A DNA stretch of 34,696 bases from a virus (Duplodnaviria > Caudoviricetes), in the IMG/VR virus record IMGVR_UViG_3300030095_003569, positions 1 to 34,696 of that record. One strand, 5' to 3'. The position numbers and the translations under genes were made by a program. The notes under the pieces were generated by a model. That model was not told where the DNA came from, did not search any database, and worked only from the letters and a program-made list of their open reading frames with translations. Positions 34,690 to 34,696 of the stretch are shown here, one piece after another. Each line of letters begins with the position of its first letter. The first letter of the stretch is position 1.

Positions 34690-34696
34690 AATAAAA

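Overview
AT-rich segment of a lytic, probably marine, podovirus-type dsDNA phage genome. The host is probably alphaproteobacterial, inferred from the type of PqqA it encodes. Two arms converge at a stem-loop near 18,976-19,024. The + arm (1-18,962) carries tail and internal-virion genes, then a sigma70-driven three-gene glycosyltransferase-like operon, a 3-TM holin and a 26-codon pqqA (PQQ precursor peptide) that the ORF track missed. The - arm (34,478 down to 19,059) carries many small early genes, a C5 DNA methyltransferase, an HNH nuclease and an origin-like AT-rich region. It continues with T7-like primase/helicase, DNA polymerase A, SSB, exonuclease and endonuclease I, then class II RNR, a 2OG-Fe(II) oxygenase, a PMI-type cupin and a cytidylyltransferase. 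The methyltransferase contains a nested alternative-frame gene resembling the M.EcoHK31I beta subunit. No terminase, portal, capsid, RNA polymerase, endolysin, integrase, tRNA or CRISPR array was recognised. Best leads: the stand-alone phage pqqA with its own promoter and a convergent candidate sRNA, the glycan-synthesis gene set, the nested MTase gene, a 34-bp element repeated three times, and a hairpin whose loop is antisense to phage ribosome-binding sites. All family calls come from motif recognition by eye; no database search was run.
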